Assembly: GCA_003222815.1 (NCBI GenBank)
Contig: QHXC01000418.1
Coordinates: forward strand, 111-64,110
From: Acidobacteriota bacterium
GTDB lineage: Bacteria; Acidobacteriota; Terriglobia; 20CM-2-55-15
Direction of reading: 5' to 3'
Length of the DNA: 64,000 nt
A program made the translations under genes and the position numbers. The notes below the pieces were generated by a model. That model did not search any database and was not told the DNA's origin. It saw only the letters and a list, made by a program, of their open reading frames with translations. Positions 9,408-18,636 of this stretch are shown piece by piece. Numbering within the stretch: the first letter of the stretch is position 1; the number at the start of each line of letters is the position of its first letter.

Positions 9408-10079
9408 GTGATCGTCTTCGGACACCGCGGCGCGCCGGGTTATCCCCGATACGGTGAAAACACAATCTCGTCATTTAATAAGGCCCTTCGGAGCGGTGCA
9501 GACGGGCTAGAATTCGACGTGCGCCGATGCCGGGATGGAAGAATCGTGGTGATACACGATGAGACCATCGACCGCACAACCAACGGAAAAGGGCGCGTTG
9601 CGGATCTCTCATACGAGGAATTGAGGCGGTTCGATGCCGGCTTCGGCGAACCAATTCCGCTGTTATCGGATGTCCTTGATGTGTTCGGCGCCAAGTGTTT
9701 GCTCAATATCGAAATCAAGGAACGGGAAATTGTAGACGGAGTCCGAAAGCTTGTTCTCGAAAAGCGTCTCGAAAAGCACGTGATCGTTTCAGACTTCGAA
9801 TGGCGGGAGCTGGCGACGCTGACTCCGGAAATCCCGATCGCCCTGCTCAGCTCGAAATTGGAAAATCTCATTCCTGCAGCGCGGCAGATGGGCGCCACAG
9901 CCATTCATCCTCGCAGAGACCTGGTGACGGCGAGCCTTATTGCTGCAGCGCGCCAGGCTAAACTGCGAGTCCACATCTGGACCGTGAACGGACTGGATGA
10001 AATCTCGCGCTCTCGAAGACTCGGCGTTGATGGAATCTTCACGGACTTTCCTGAACGATGTTCGACGTCTGCATCATAG
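9408..10079 (+). CDS. Glycerophosphodiester phosphodiesterase
   Basis: GHRGA, ENT, EFDV, IHDETIDRTTNG, NIEIK, WTVN, GVDGIFTDFP. Confidence 0.92.
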   Translation: MIVFGHRGAPGYPRYGENTISSFNKALRSGADGLEFDVRRCRDGRIVVIHDETIDRTTNGKGRVADLSYEELRRFDAGFGEPIPLLSDVLDVFGAKCLLNIEIKEREIVDGVRKLVLEKRLEKHVIVSDFEWRELATLTPEIPIALLSSKLENLIPAARQMGATAIHPRRDLVTASLIAAARQAKLRVHIWTVNGLDEISRSRRLGVDGIFTDFPERCSTSAS

Positions 10080-11149
10080 GAGCCGGTGGCATTGTCGGCT
10101 GCGCGATTGTCCGGGAGTTGGCGCAACAGGGGTTCTCCGTAGCAGGCATCGAGAAGCACGAAACCGCCTGTCAGGAGACATCCGGCCTGAACAGCCGCGT
10201 GGTCCATTCGGGGTTTCACGAAATCTTTGGAACACTCAAATCCGCGCTTGCCTGCGAAGGTAGCGGGCTCCTCATCCGATATGCCGAGGAACGCAGCATC
10301 CGGCTTCTCAGAACCGGAATGCTCATTGCGATTCCTCACGGAAGCATCCGTGCGGGTTTGTGGAAGGAAGCGGATGCGCTGTGGAGATTGTGGAGACAAG
10401 GCCGTCGACAAAACATTCCATTTCGATTCGTTCTTACCCCGGACGGCATTCGCAGATTGGCGCCGATCCAGGCGCTCGGCGGGATTTATATCCCTTCGGT
10501 GTGTGTGATCGATTTGGAGCAATTCGTAAGTTCGCTGGAAGCCGATGCAATAGCTGCCGGCGCACAATTCCTCTATAACAGCGAAGTCACCGGCATTGCC
10601 GCCGAAGCATCCACGTTCCGCGTGATTACTTCCTCAGGAGAGTTGCGATCGCGGATCCTTGTCAATTCGGCCGGACTTCATGCCCATGAGATATCGGTTA
10701 TGGCGGGCGGCCCGAAGTACGAAATCGAATTTATTCGAGGTGATTATTATGAACTCGCCGGCGGAGTAAAGCGATGGAACGTCCGAACGCTGGTCTATCC
10801 GGCCACGCCTCCTCGGTCTCCCACAAAGGGTATTCACTTCGGCCCTCGCACCGACGGGCGGCTGTTTCTCGGCCCGAGCGCCTCGCCAAAAACGGAAACA
10901 GCGCCAAAAGAGCTTTTCCTTGAAGCGGGCCGGAAATTCATTTCAAGTATTCGGGAGAGCGATCTGGAGTGGGCCTACGCCGGGATCCGTCCCAAACGTG
11001 TGTCCGTCGACGGAAGGTCTGATTTTACGATCGGCCTGGATCGAACCATACCTCCGCTGATTAACCTCATCGGCATCGACTCCCCAGGGCTTTCTGCCAG
11101 TATGGCCATTGCCCGGTACGTCGGCCAAATGGTTCAAAAAATTCCCTAA
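10058..11149 (+). CDS. FAD-dependent oxidoreductase (L-2-hydroxyglutarate oxidase/DAO family)
   Basis: IIGAGGIVG, ETSGLNSRVVHSG, AGIRPK, GIDSPGLSAS. Confidence 0.85.
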   Translation: MFDVCIIGAGGIVGCAIVRELAQQGFSVAGIEKHETACQETSGLNSRVVHSGFHEIFGTLKSALACEGSGLLIRYAEERSIRLLRTGMLIAIPHGSIRAGLWKEADALWRLWRQGRRQNIPFRFVLTPDGIRRLAPIQALGGIYIPSVCVIDLEQFVSSLEADAIAAGAQFLYNSEVTGIAAEASTFRVITSSGELRSRILVNSAGLHAHEISVMAGGPKYEIEFIRGDYYELAGGVKRWNVRTLVYPATPPRSPTKGIHFGPRTDGRLFLGPSASPKTETAPKELFLEAGRKFISSIRESDLEWAYAGIRPKRVSVDGRSDFTIGLDRTIPPLINLIGIDSPGLSASMAIARYVGQMVQKIP

Positions 11150-11154
11150 TTCGG

Positions 11155-11526
11155 TTATGCGGAGGCTTCGACAGATTTCCTGGCCTGGTGTACCGCCTCG
11201 AGCTCGTTTTCGAAGATTTCGAAGATGGTGTTGAGCCGGGTTATTTCGAATAATCTTTGGACTCGTTTCGTCGGGTTCAGGAGCGTCAAATGACCACGCC
11301 TGTTTTTGACTGAAACCCAGATCGAAACCAGTTGCCCCAATCCCGAGCTGTCAATGTACTCCACACCGGCAAGATTCACGACGAAACGCCGATTGCCGTC
11401 ATTTAAGAATCCGTTCATCTTGTCGCGTAGCGGCAAATCCAGGATCCATAACCTGCCAAACAGATCCAGGACTACTACTTCGGAGATGACACGTATCGTT
11501 ATGACCAGAGCCATATCTTGCTCCAT
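11155..11526 (-). CDS. STAS-domain anti-sigma factor antagonist
   Basis: VEYIDSSGLGQL, LFEITRL. Confidence 0.88.
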   Translation of the reverse strand: MEQDMALVITIRVISEVVVLDLFGRLWILDLPLRDKMNGFLNDGNRRFVVNLAGVEYIDSSGLGQLVSIWVSVKNRRGHLTLLNPTKRVQRLFEITRLNTIFEIFENELEAVHQARKSVEASA

Positions 11527-11859
11527 GGGAGTAAGGGCCAGATTCTACAACGAAATGTCATATTTCTGTAGTCTAGCCTGAGCTGAAAAACTTTTCATTT
11601 TGCCGGCAGATGTCCCTTGTGTATAAAAGGTTTTGAAGGATGCACCCCCCGGTCAAGGAGGACACATCGGATGGACCCGATCAACCTGAACGAGGGATCG
11701 AACCGACGTCAGATCGAGGAACTGGAGCCGAAGCTAGCACTCAATCGCGGCGAGACAGTTCTCCCGTTGGGGCATTTGTACATCCCTGATGGCATCCACC
11801 GCGGGAACCCGTTATCAACACCGCCTAAATCTCGTCATCGGAATCGGATGGAGGTCAAT

Positions 11860-12087
11860 ATGCCTGTTTTTTCGGATGGGAGTGTCGACGCGAAGGAACG
11901 TGGTCTGTTTGATTGTTCGGACGCTCCGTTTGTCGTGCGCTGTCAATGTGGGCGAATTTGGAAGGTGACGGTAGAAAGCGGTGCCGCTGGTCAACCGGAA
12001 TGCGCACCCTGCTCCTGTGGAGTTGAGCTCGTGGCATCGAACGGCGCTACTGGGTTCAACCTCTCGTTGGTCGCTGACCCCTCCTGA
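11860..12087 (+). CDS. Small Cys-rich hypothetical protein (possible zinc ribbon)
   Basis: GGAGG RBS before ATG 11860; CQCG and CSCG pairs. Confidence 0.5.
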   Translation: MPVFSDGSVDAKERGLFDCSDAPFVVRCQCGRIWKVTVESGAAGQPECAPCSCGVELVASNGATGFNLSLVADPS

Positions 12088-12239
12088 TCGGCCGCATCTG
12101 TTGCGGGCACCCTGGCGCAAAGGGGCAGGCACGTCTCTAAGTACACCGTAGAAAGTAGTCCGACTCCCACATCTATCGAATCCGCGGCCGGCCGCGGTTT
12201 CGTGTCGTTCCAGAATCTTAGTGGTACAATTCCGGCACT

Positions 12240-13607
12240 ATGGACGGATCAGCGAACCATTTCACTCGGCGCGAATTCATCAGAGCAGCTCTGGCAGGGC
12301 CTGCACTTTCCGGATCGGGAACCTCGCAGAACACCGCTCAGCCGCAGCGTCCGAACGTCATATTCATCTTGGCCGACGACCTCGGCTATGGCGATCTGAG
12401 CTGCTACGGGCGTCCCGACTACAAGACCCCGATGCTGGATAACCTGGCCAGGCAAGGTGTGAAATTTACGGACGCCTATGCGGCGGCGCCCGTATGCACG
12501 CCCACGCGGACAGCGTTCATCACGGGACGCTATCCCCACAGACTGCCGGTCGGACTCGAAGAGCCCCTCCAGGATGCGAACATGCAGCTCGGTATTCCGC
12601 CGGAACATCCGACAGTCGCGTCATTGCTGAAAGCGAACGGCTACGAAACCGCGTTGATCGGTAAGTGGCATCTGGGCAACTTGCGGGAATTCGGCCCAAA
12701 TCGCCATGGATTCGACGAATTCTTTGGAATCAATGGAAGCTCTGCCGACTACTTTACTCATAACAACACTGCCGGACGGTTCGATCTGTACGAAAACCTG
12801 GAGCCATCCAAAGAAGAAGGTTACCTCACCGACTTGTTCACGAATCGTGCGGTTGGTTACATCAGCCGGAAGCGCGCCCGCCCGTTTTATCTGAGCCTTC
12901 ACTACAACGCGCCTCACTGGCCATGGGAAGGACCGAATGACAAGGCGATCGACCACGATCACCGGCCCATCGAAGTTCGCCGGAACCCTGGCAGCTATGC
13001 ATCTACGGACGGAGGAACGCTCGGCACGTATGCGGAGATGGTGAAGAGCATGGATGCCGGTATCGGGCGAGTCATGAAAGCACTTGAGACCGCCAAACTG
13101 GAGCGGAATACTCTCGTGATTTTCACCAGTGATAACGGTGGCGAGAGATATTCCTTCAACTGGCCGTTTTCATACCAGAAGATGAATCTTTGGGAAGGCG
13201 GTATTCGCATACCGGGCATCGTTCGCTGGCCTGGTGTGGTTCCTGTTGGAAAGCTGATGGGTCAGGTCGCAACCACCATGGATTGGACCGCCACAATTCT
13301 CGGAGTCACTGGGAGCAAACCGCACCCCGCCTATCCACTCGACGGTGAAGACCTGACGCCGGTCCTGACCGGTACTCGCTCACCATACGATCGAACCCTC
13401 TTCTGGAGAATCACGATTCAGGATGCCGCTCGAATGGGGAAGTGGAAATATCTGCGGGAAAATGGAAATGAACATCTGTTTGACCTCTCCGCCGACCCAG
13501 GCGAAAAGACAGAACTCAAGCGAAAATTTCCCGAAGTGTTCGAGAAGATCCAAGGCGAATATCAGAACTGGAATTCCCAAATGCTGCCCAACCCGAGAAA
13601 ATCCTGA
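12240..13607 (+). CDS. Tat-exported formylglycine-dependent sulfatase
   Basis: TRREFI Tat motif, ILADDLG, CTPTR sulfatase motif, GKWHLG, FTSDNG. Confidence 0.93.
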   Translation: MDGSANHFTRREFIRAALAGPALSGSGTSQNTAQPQRPNVIFILADDLGYGDLSCYGRPDYKTPMLDNLARQGVKFTDAYAAAPVCTPTRTAFITGRYPHRLPVGLEEPLQDANMQLGIPPEHPTVASLLKANGYETALIGKWHLGNLREFGPNRHGFDEFFGINGSSADYFTHNNTAGRFDLYENLEPSKEEGYLTDLFTNRAVGYISRKRARPFYLSLHYNAPHWPWEGPNDKAIDHDHRPIEVRRNPGSYASTDGGTLGTYAEMVKSMDAGIGRVMKALETAKLERNTLVIFTSDNGGERYSFNWPFSYQKMNLWEGGIRIPGIVRWPGVVPVGKLMGQVATTMDWTATILGVTGSKPHPAYPLDGEDLTPVLTGTRSPYDRTLFWRITIQDAARMGKWKYLRENGNEHLFDLSADPGEKTELKRKFPEVFEKIQGEYQNWNSQMLPNPRKS

Positions 13608-14053
13608 TGACTGGAAGCAAATGGATTACGCGAAGCAATGTCAAAGTCGATCGCGTCGCATGCCCATGGTTGATCCGCCGTTTCATTGATCCGGCCGCGG
13701 AATTTATCTTTGTGCCCGAGGATCAGGTGCTCCAAAGGGCCAAAGAAGAAAATGCCACTCCGTTCGATGCCCCGAGCCTCTCCGAAGTGAAATTGAATCA
13801 TCGCGGCGATCGATGCACGTTTGAAGCTCTCATCGAGGACTTCAAATTGAGCGATCCCGTACTCCACAGACTCGCAATGATTGTCCGGGCTGCCGACGTG
13901 AAAGGCCAGGAGCATGTGGCTCCGGAAGGGCTGGGTTTGCGAGCCATTGCCGAAGGATTTTCTAAGCTCGAAATCTCCGACCATGAGCGGCTCAAGCTGG
14001 GGTTTCCCATCTACGACGCGCTGTATCGGTACGCCGCGATCAACGCGGGCTGA
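13607..14053 (+). CDS. ChrB C-terminal-domain (chromate-resistance family) protein
   Basis: KWITR..VDRVACPWLIRRFIDP, HRGDRCTFE, YDALY. Confidence 0.85.
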   Translation: MTGSKWITRSNVKVDRVACPWLIRRFIDPAAEFIFVPEDQVLQRAKEENATPFDAPSLSEVKLNHRGDRCTFEALIEDFKLSDPVLHRLAMIVRAADVKGQEHVAPEGLGLRAIAEGFSKLEISDHERLKLGFPIYDALYRYAAINAG

Positions 14054-14107
14054 AGCCCGCGACTACATGGACACATTTCACCGTGCATGTACTCGCGGGC
14101 TTTAGCC
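14042..14107. repeat. GTAG-type REP doublet; left copy supplies the stop codon of the ChrB-like gene
   Basis: AACGCGGGCTGAAGCCCGCGACTACA ... TGTACTCGCGGGCTTTAGCC. Confidence 0.85.
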
Positions 14108-14128
14108 AGTCTTAAGCAGGCTCCGTTC

Positions 14129-14527
14129 TCAGGACTTCTTCTTCGATGGCGCTTTTTGCGTCTTGCCGGCCGGTTCAGCCGATTTCCCCGAAGTGGCCGC
14201 GGACTGCTTGGCGATTACCAGACCAACGATCTTTTCGTAAGTCGCCTGCGGAACGATGTTCTTGCGCGTGAGATCGGTTTTCACGCGGTATGGCCGGTTA
14301 TCGATGATCTTCTGTGCGTAAGCATCACCAATGCCCGGCAGCGTCATCAATTCCTGCTTGCTGGCTGAATTCAAATCGACGAGATCCGGCTTGGATTTGG
14401 TCGGCGCTGGCGCCGTTGTCGGCGGCGTGCTCTTTCCAGCGTTCTTGTTCTGAGCCACGACGGGGGCTGCCAGCACAAGAATGGAAACTGCAAAAACAAG
14501 GAATCTAAGGAAGCGTTTAGGGTTCAT
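14129..14527 (-). CDS. Secreted helix-hairpin-helix (ComEA-like) DNA-binding protein
   Basis: Signal peptide; [27 protein letters not shown]. Confidence 0.85.
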   Translation of the reverse strand: MNPKRFLRFLVFAVSILVLAAPVVAQNKNAGKSTPPTTAPAPTKSKPDLVDLNSASKQELMTLPGIGDAYAQKIIDNRPYRVKTDLTRKNIVPQATYEKIVGLVIAKQSAATSGKSAEPAGKTQKAPSKKKS

Positions 14528-14560
14528 ATTGAGCTCCTTTCCGAAAGTGGGAAATAATAG

Positions 14561-14590
14561 TTGATTTAAGTTATCAAGTTAGTCTATAAC
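14561..14590 (+). promoter_or_regulatory. Putative promoter of the cys leader/operon with overlapping palindrome
   Basis: TTGATT-18 nt-TATAAC in AT-rich DNA; TTGAT-N7-ATCAA inverted repeat at 14561-14577. Confidence 0.45.
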
Positions 14591-14621
14591 TAGTCCGATC
14601 ACGGTAATGTCTCTGGAATCA

Positions 14622-14699
14622 ATGAAGTTCTTACTCCGATCAAAATGGTCCGGTATATGTTGCTGTTGTTGTAACCGGTACGTGTCGCCATCGGGCTAA
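14622..14699 (+). CDS. Poly-cysteine leader peptide MKFLLRSKWSGICCCCCNRYVSPSG (alternative in-frame ATG at 14607)
   Basis: Five consecutive Cys codons TGT TGC TGT TGT TGT at 14658-14672, immediately upstream of a terminator and the cys operon; below the ORF-track cutoff. Confidence 0.85.
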   Translation: MKFLLRSKWSGICCCCCNRYVSPSG

Positions 14700-14729
14700 T
14701 TGTAACGCACAGTCCCGTTGGCTGGCGAC
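14684..14729 (+). promoter_or_regulatory. Predicted antiterminator hairpin
   Basis: GTCGCCA (14684-14690) is complementary to TGGCGAC (14723-14729), with inner CGGG/CCCG pairing; overlaps the terminator 5' arm. Confidence 0.7.
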
Positions 14730-14754
14730 CCGCTATTCGAAGCGGGTCTTTTTT
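14727..14754 (+). terminator. Intrinsic terminator (attenuator) upstream of the sulfate assimilation operon
   Basis: GACCCGC-TATTCGAA-GCGGGTC-TTTTTT. Confidence 0.88.
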
Positions 14755-14774
14755 GGTCTGGGAAAGGAGCATCG

Positions 14775-15554
14775 GTGAGCACGCAGTCGTTATATCCGTT
14801 GGTCGGTTTGAGCGTTGGTCTCATTGTTGGTCTCACTGGTGTGGGTGGGGGTTCGCTCATGACGCCGATTCTGGTTTTTGTGTTCAAGGTTCCGATCGAA
14901 CTTGCCGTCGGTACGGATCTGCTGTTCGCGTCTCTGACCAAGATTGCAGGCGTCACGGCACACGGCGCTCGGGGTAATGTCGATTTGCATAATGTCGGCA
15001 CGCCCGCGTCGGGCAGCCTGCCGGCATCGATCGCCACGGTCATTGGCCTGGGCTACCTCAAGGCCAGTAGCAAACCTCTGGATGGTCTCGTTCTTCCGGT
15101 GCTCGGATTTTCGCTGGTCGCAACCGCCGCGGCCGTTCTCATGCGCCGGCGGATTCTTGCGGCGGGCAACGGCCGCTACGCTCTGAGTGAGGCAGGCTCG
15201 ACTCGGATAACTGTACTGGTGGGCATCGTTCTGGGCGTTCTAGTCACAATGACGTCCGTTGGAGCCGGAGCGATTGGCGTCGCTGCACTTATGTTGCTCT
15301 ATCCAGCTCTTCGCCCGGCAGCCGTGGTCGGAACGGATCTCGCCCATGCGATCCCGCTCGTGACCATAGCTGGGCTGGGACACTTGCAACTCGGCAATGT
15401 GGATTATCGCCTTCTGCTCGGCCTGCTAGCCGGATCGATTCCAGGCATCTACGTCGGAAGCACCATAAGCGCCAGGCTCCCTGAGGTTCTGATGCGCCGG
15501 ATTCTGGCGTGCGTTCTGCTCGTGATGGGTATCGCCTGCGTGGTTGGAGGTTAG
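14775..15554 (+). CDS. TauE/SafE (TSUP) family sulfite/sulfur-compound transporter
   Basis: GLTGVGGGSLMTP, AVGTDL, TSVGAG, VVGTDLAHAIPL; AAAGGAG RBS before GTG 14775. Confidence 0.9.
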   Translation: MSTQSLYPLVGLSVGLIVGLTGVGGGSLMTPILVFVFKVPIELAVGTDLLFASLTKIAGVTAHGARGNVDLHNVGTPASGSLPASIATVIGLGYLKASSKPLDGLVLPVLGFSLVATAAAVLMRRRILAAGNGRYALSEAGSTRITVLVGIVLGVLVTMTSVGAGAIGVAALMLLYPALRPAAVVGTDLAHAIPLVTIAGLGHLQLGNVDYRLLLGLLAGSIPGIYVGSTISARLPEVLMRRILACVLLVMGIACVVGG

Positions 15555-15562
15555 AGGTCCGG

Positions 15563-16255
15563 ATGGACGTCGCAGAGAAGACCCGGGATTTGATCTCTCG
15601 ACTGCAGAAACTGGAATCGACTCATTCACCTTCGGCCTTTGCTTGCAGTTTCGGCGCCGAGGACATGGTTTTGCTGGATGTCATTGCGAAGCACGTCCAC
15701 CGGATCGAGGTGTTCACCCTCGATACAGGCCGGCTTCCCGAAGAAACTCACGCATTGGTGGATACCGTGCGCGAAAGGTATTCGATACCGATCCGGATCT
15801 ACTTTCCCGACACCGCGGCGGTTGAAGCCTGGGTCGAGCAAAACGGGCCGAACGGCTTTTACCGCAGCATGGCGCAACGTCTGCAGTGCTGCCACATCCG
15901 AAAGGTTCAACCACTCCAAAAAGCGCTTGCCGGAAAGAAAAGCTGGGTTACCGGTCTGAGGCGAGAACAGTCCGCCTCGCGTCAGAATTTGGAAATCGAG
16001 GCATGGGATGAATCCAACGATCTGGTCAAATTGAACCCGCTATTGGAATGGGCCGCCGAAGAAGTGTGGGCCTACTTAAAGACGCACGACGTTCCTTACA
16101 ACGCCTTGCACGATCGGGGTTATGCCAGTATCGGTTGCGCTCCATGCACAAGGGCGGTCGCTCCCGGCGAGGACGGCCGCGCCGGGCGCTGGTGGTGGGA
16201 GCAAGCCAGCCAGAAAGAGTGCGGTCTGCATCCTCACCAGAAAGTGGCTGTATGA
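15563..16255 (+). CDS. cysH: Adenylylsulfate (APS) reductase, [4Fe-4S] type
   Basis: [41 protein letters not shown]. Confidence 0.93.
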   Translation: MDVAEKTRDLISRLQKLESTHSPSAFACSFGAEDMVLLDVIAKHVHRIEVFTLDTGRLPEETHALVDTVRERYSIPIRIYFPDTAAVEAWVEQNGPNGFYRSMAQRLQCCHIRKVQPLQKALAGKKSWVTGLRREQSASRQNLEIEAWDESNDLVKLNPLLEWAAEEVWAYLKTHDVPYNALHDRGYASIGCAPCTRAVAPGEDGRAGRWWWEQASQKECGLHPHQKVAV

Positions 16256-17151
16256 CCAAAGAATGGACGCACCTTCGCGAGCTTGAGAGCGAATCTATTT
16301 ACATATTTCGCGAAACGGTCGCTCAGTTTCGCAATCCGGTGCTGCTGTATTCCATTGGAAAAGACTCGAGCGTGCTCGTTCATCTGGCGCGCAAGGCGTT
16401 CTATCCTGGTCCGCTGCCATTTCCGCTTCTCCATGTCGACACGGGTTACAAGTTCCCCGAGATGATCAAATTTCGGGATGAATTCACGAAATCCATCGGT
16501 GCGCGCCTCATTGTCCACCGGAATGAAGATGCCATTGCCGCCGGGGCGCATCCATTAAAACTGGGCGTCGCGCGTTGCTGCGGCCAGTTGAAAACGGCCG
16601 CGTTGCTGCATGCGCTGGACAAATACCAATTCGATGCGGCCATCGGGGGCGCCAGGCGCGAGGAAGAGCGGTCGAGGGCAAAAGAACGCGTGTTCTCGCT
16701 GAGAGATGCCTTCGGACAATGGGATCCGCGCCGGCAGCGGCCCGAACTGTGGTCACTCTACAGCGGCGCGATTACCGAAGGCGAAACGATGCGCGTCTTC
16801 CCACTTTCGAACTGGACCGAAGGCGACATCTGGCAGTACATCCTCCAGGAACAGATTCCAGTCGTTCCTTTGTATTTCGCGAAGGAGCGGCTTGTCGTCC
16901 GCCGCAACGGAACGCTGATTCCGGCTGACGAAGCCAAACACCTTAAGGAAGGCGAGCAGCCGGAATTGCTTTCGGTGCGTTTTCGGACGTTGGGCTGCAT
17001 ACCTTGCACGGGCGCCGTTGGATCGTGTGCGACAACTCTCGAGAGCATCGTCGCCGAAGCGGGCGCCGCCAAGACCAGCGAGCGTTCGACACGGATTATC
17101 GATCATGGCTCGAACACCATGGAGGACAAGAAGCGGGAAGGGTACTTTTGA
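16252..17151 (+). CDS. cysD: Sulfate adenylyltransferase subunit 2
   Basis: [47 protein letters not shown]. Confidence 0.95.
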   Translation: MTKEWTHLRELESESIYIFRETVAQFRNPVLLYSIGKDSSVLVHLARKAFYPGPLPFPLLHVDTGYKFPEMIKFRDEFTKSIGARLIVHRNEDAIAAGAHPLKLGVARCCGQLKTAALLHALDKYQFDAAIGGARREEERSRAKERVFSLRDAFGQWDPRRQRPELWSLYSGAITEGETMRVFPLSNWTEGDIWQYILQEQIPVVPLYFAKERLVVRRNGTLIPADEAKHLKEGEQPELLSVRFRTLGCIPCTGAVGSCATTLESIVAEAGAAKTSERSTRIIDHGSNTMEDKKREGYF

Positions 17152-18291
17152 GCATTAATGTTTTACGCTTTACAACGGCCGGCAATGTCGATGACGGAAA
17201 ATCAACGCTGATCGGCCGCCTGCTGGTCGAAACGCAAGGCGCATTTGAAGATCAGATCGAAGGAGCCCGCCGCGAAAACGAGCGACGCGGCGGCCATGGT
17301 ATTGACTTCTCTCTCCTGACCGACGGCTTAAGGGCGGAGCGCGAGCAAGGTATTACGATCGACGTCGCCTACCGGTACTTCGCTACCCCTAAACGGAAAT
17401 TCATCATCGCGGATGCGCCCGGTCACGAGCAGTACACCCGAAATCTCGTGACGAGCGCAAGCACGAGCGACCTGGCCGTCATTCTCATCGACGCCCGTAA
17501 TGGAATGATGACGCAGTCGCGACGCCATGCATTCATTGCCCATCTGCTCGGCATTCGTCATTTCGTCGTCGCAATCAACAAGATGGATCTCATGGATTAC
17601 CGGAAAGACGCCTACGAGAAGATCCAGAAGGACTTTGTCGACTTCATGAATCGTCTCGGCGGAGCAGAAGCCTACTGCGTGCCGATATCGGCTCTGGCGG
17701 GAGATCTCGTTACCGAGCCCAGCGCACGGATGCCCTGGTACACCGGACCAAAGCTTCTGGAACTTCTGGAGTCGATCGAGGTTGATGATCCGGCCTACAA
17801 ACAAGCCTTTCGATTTGCCGTTCAGCTGGTGAGCCGCCCACCGGCGTCCGCGGAATTTCCAGACTTCCGTGGTTACATGGGGCGCGTGGCCTCCGGCTCC
17901 GTCCGAGTCGGTGATCGCGTCGTCGTGCTGCCTTCGGGAGCTCGAACGACGGTGACCCGCATCGTCACACAAGACGGCCCCCTGGAAGAAGCGTTTGCTC
18001 GACAATCGGTGACCTTGACGCTAGCCGACGATCTGGACATCTCGCGCGGCGATCTCATCGCTGCCGAAGCCCAGCCCCCGCAGGCCCGCACGGAATTACC
18101 GCCTCGACGTAAACACGCTCGAACGCGAATTCCCTGTTTCGGAGCTGCAAACAAATGATATCGGTCAGGTGAGGATCAAAACCCTGCAACCCATTGTCTG
18201 CGACCCTTACAATGTGAACCGGCAAACCGGGGGGTTCATCATCCTCGACGAGACGAATGATACCGTCGCCGCGGGAATGATTCAGGGATAG
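17148..18291 (+). pseudogene. cysN: Sulfate adenylyltransferase subunit 1 with internal deletion/frameshift near 18097
   Basis: [41 protein letters not shown]-terminus (NDIGQV..TGGFIILDETNDTVAAGMI) lies in another frame ending at TAG 18289-18291. Confidence 0.85.
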
Positions 18292-18322
18292 ACACCAACT
18301 GTACGTGACAGGGAGGCCTGGC

Positions 18323-18545
18323 ATGAAAGTGTGTCTCGATGCGGCCGCCGGTCAAATGAATCAGTAGCGCCGACCAGAGCATTTGCGCAATTGCGAAGGT
18401 GTAGCGCGTGATCGCCTGGCGAGGCCTGAGGAAAGCCAGTATTATCGGAAAGCTACTAATTACCCCGCCAAGAAACACCGCCGTAAAGACGTGGATATGG
18501 GTTGACTGGACCTTGCCGTTCCATGTGTAAGGGGAAAACACGACG
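18323..18545 (-). pseudogene. Fragment of a membrane sensor domain of a signal-transduction protein
   Basis: SPYTW...AQMLWSALLIHLTGGRIETHFH, a motif recognised from membrane-bound kinases/MCPs; both ends missing. Confidence 0.6.
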
Positions 18546-18636
18546 GTCTCGATTGTTGACACAGACAGTTGGCGCGAATACGCTACTGGTCCAGAAAGGC
18601 GCCGATATCCACAGGGACCGAGAAAGGAAACCAACC

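Noticed and set aside
14645..14674. Leu-rich leader MVRYMLLLL in an alternative frame
   Set aside because: It is the shifted reading of the same TGT/TGC run; downstream genes are for sulfur assimilation, and the Cys frame fits the hairpin geometry.
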